16,305 nt of DNA, from contig CBFGIV010000052.1 in NCBI GenBank assembly GCA_965648915.1, positions 1 through 16,305 of the forward strand. The letters are read 5' to 3'. The first letter of the stretch is position 1, and the number at the start of each line of letters is the position of its first letter. Of this stretch, positions 16,191 through 16,305 are shown in pieces. Made by a program: the position numbers and the translations under genes. This stretch comes from a candidate division WOR-3 bacterium. Its GTDB lineage: Bacteria > Hydrothermota > Tepidihabitantia > SM23-42 > CAYGYG01. The notes below the pieces were generated by a model, which made no database searches, was not told the DNA's origin, and saw only the letters and a list, made by a program, of their open reading frames with translations.

Positions 16191-16305
16191 CATCGAGATA
16201 TGAGCAGGTAGCGTCAATATTTTTGTGTAAATTCTTTTATTGCTTTTAAAGGGCGATCCTTCCATCTGTTATTATATTTGTTAAAAAGAGCAAGAACAAT
16301 CCGCT

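Noticed and set aside
16240..16305. Possible divergent promoter (TGTTATTAT extended -10 at 16267-16275)
   Set aside because: There is no well-spaced -35, and any downstream gene is outside the window.

Overview
Bacterial chromosomal window from a diderm organism. The protein style suggests an FCB-related candidate lineage such as WOR-3; this is an inference and was not verified. Bases 1-240 look like the right end of an IS1202/ISNCY-type insertion sequence. It is followed on + by a two-gene unit: a 967-aa exported TPR protein and an outer-membrane beta-barrel-like protein. Converging on it from the right (minus strand, 16154->4688) is a tightly coupled 11-gene operon: TonB-dependent-receptor-like protein, mannose-family PTS EIIB, GH57 alpha-amylase/4-alpha-glucanotransferase, EIIC, EIID, HPr, Enzyme I, bifunctional PGI/PMI, NDP-sugar pyrophosphorylase, TPR protein and GT4 glycosyltransferase. 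Notable points: no EIIA in the operon; HPr carries Arg17->Leu; the GH57 gene has no ATG/GTG/TTG before its essential HNHQP motif (AUU start or +1 frameshift fusion to EIIB); the TPR/barrel junction shows a similar non-canonical arrangement; both units appear leaderless; and several predicted envelope proteins have ultra-short, uncharged hydrophobic N-termini.
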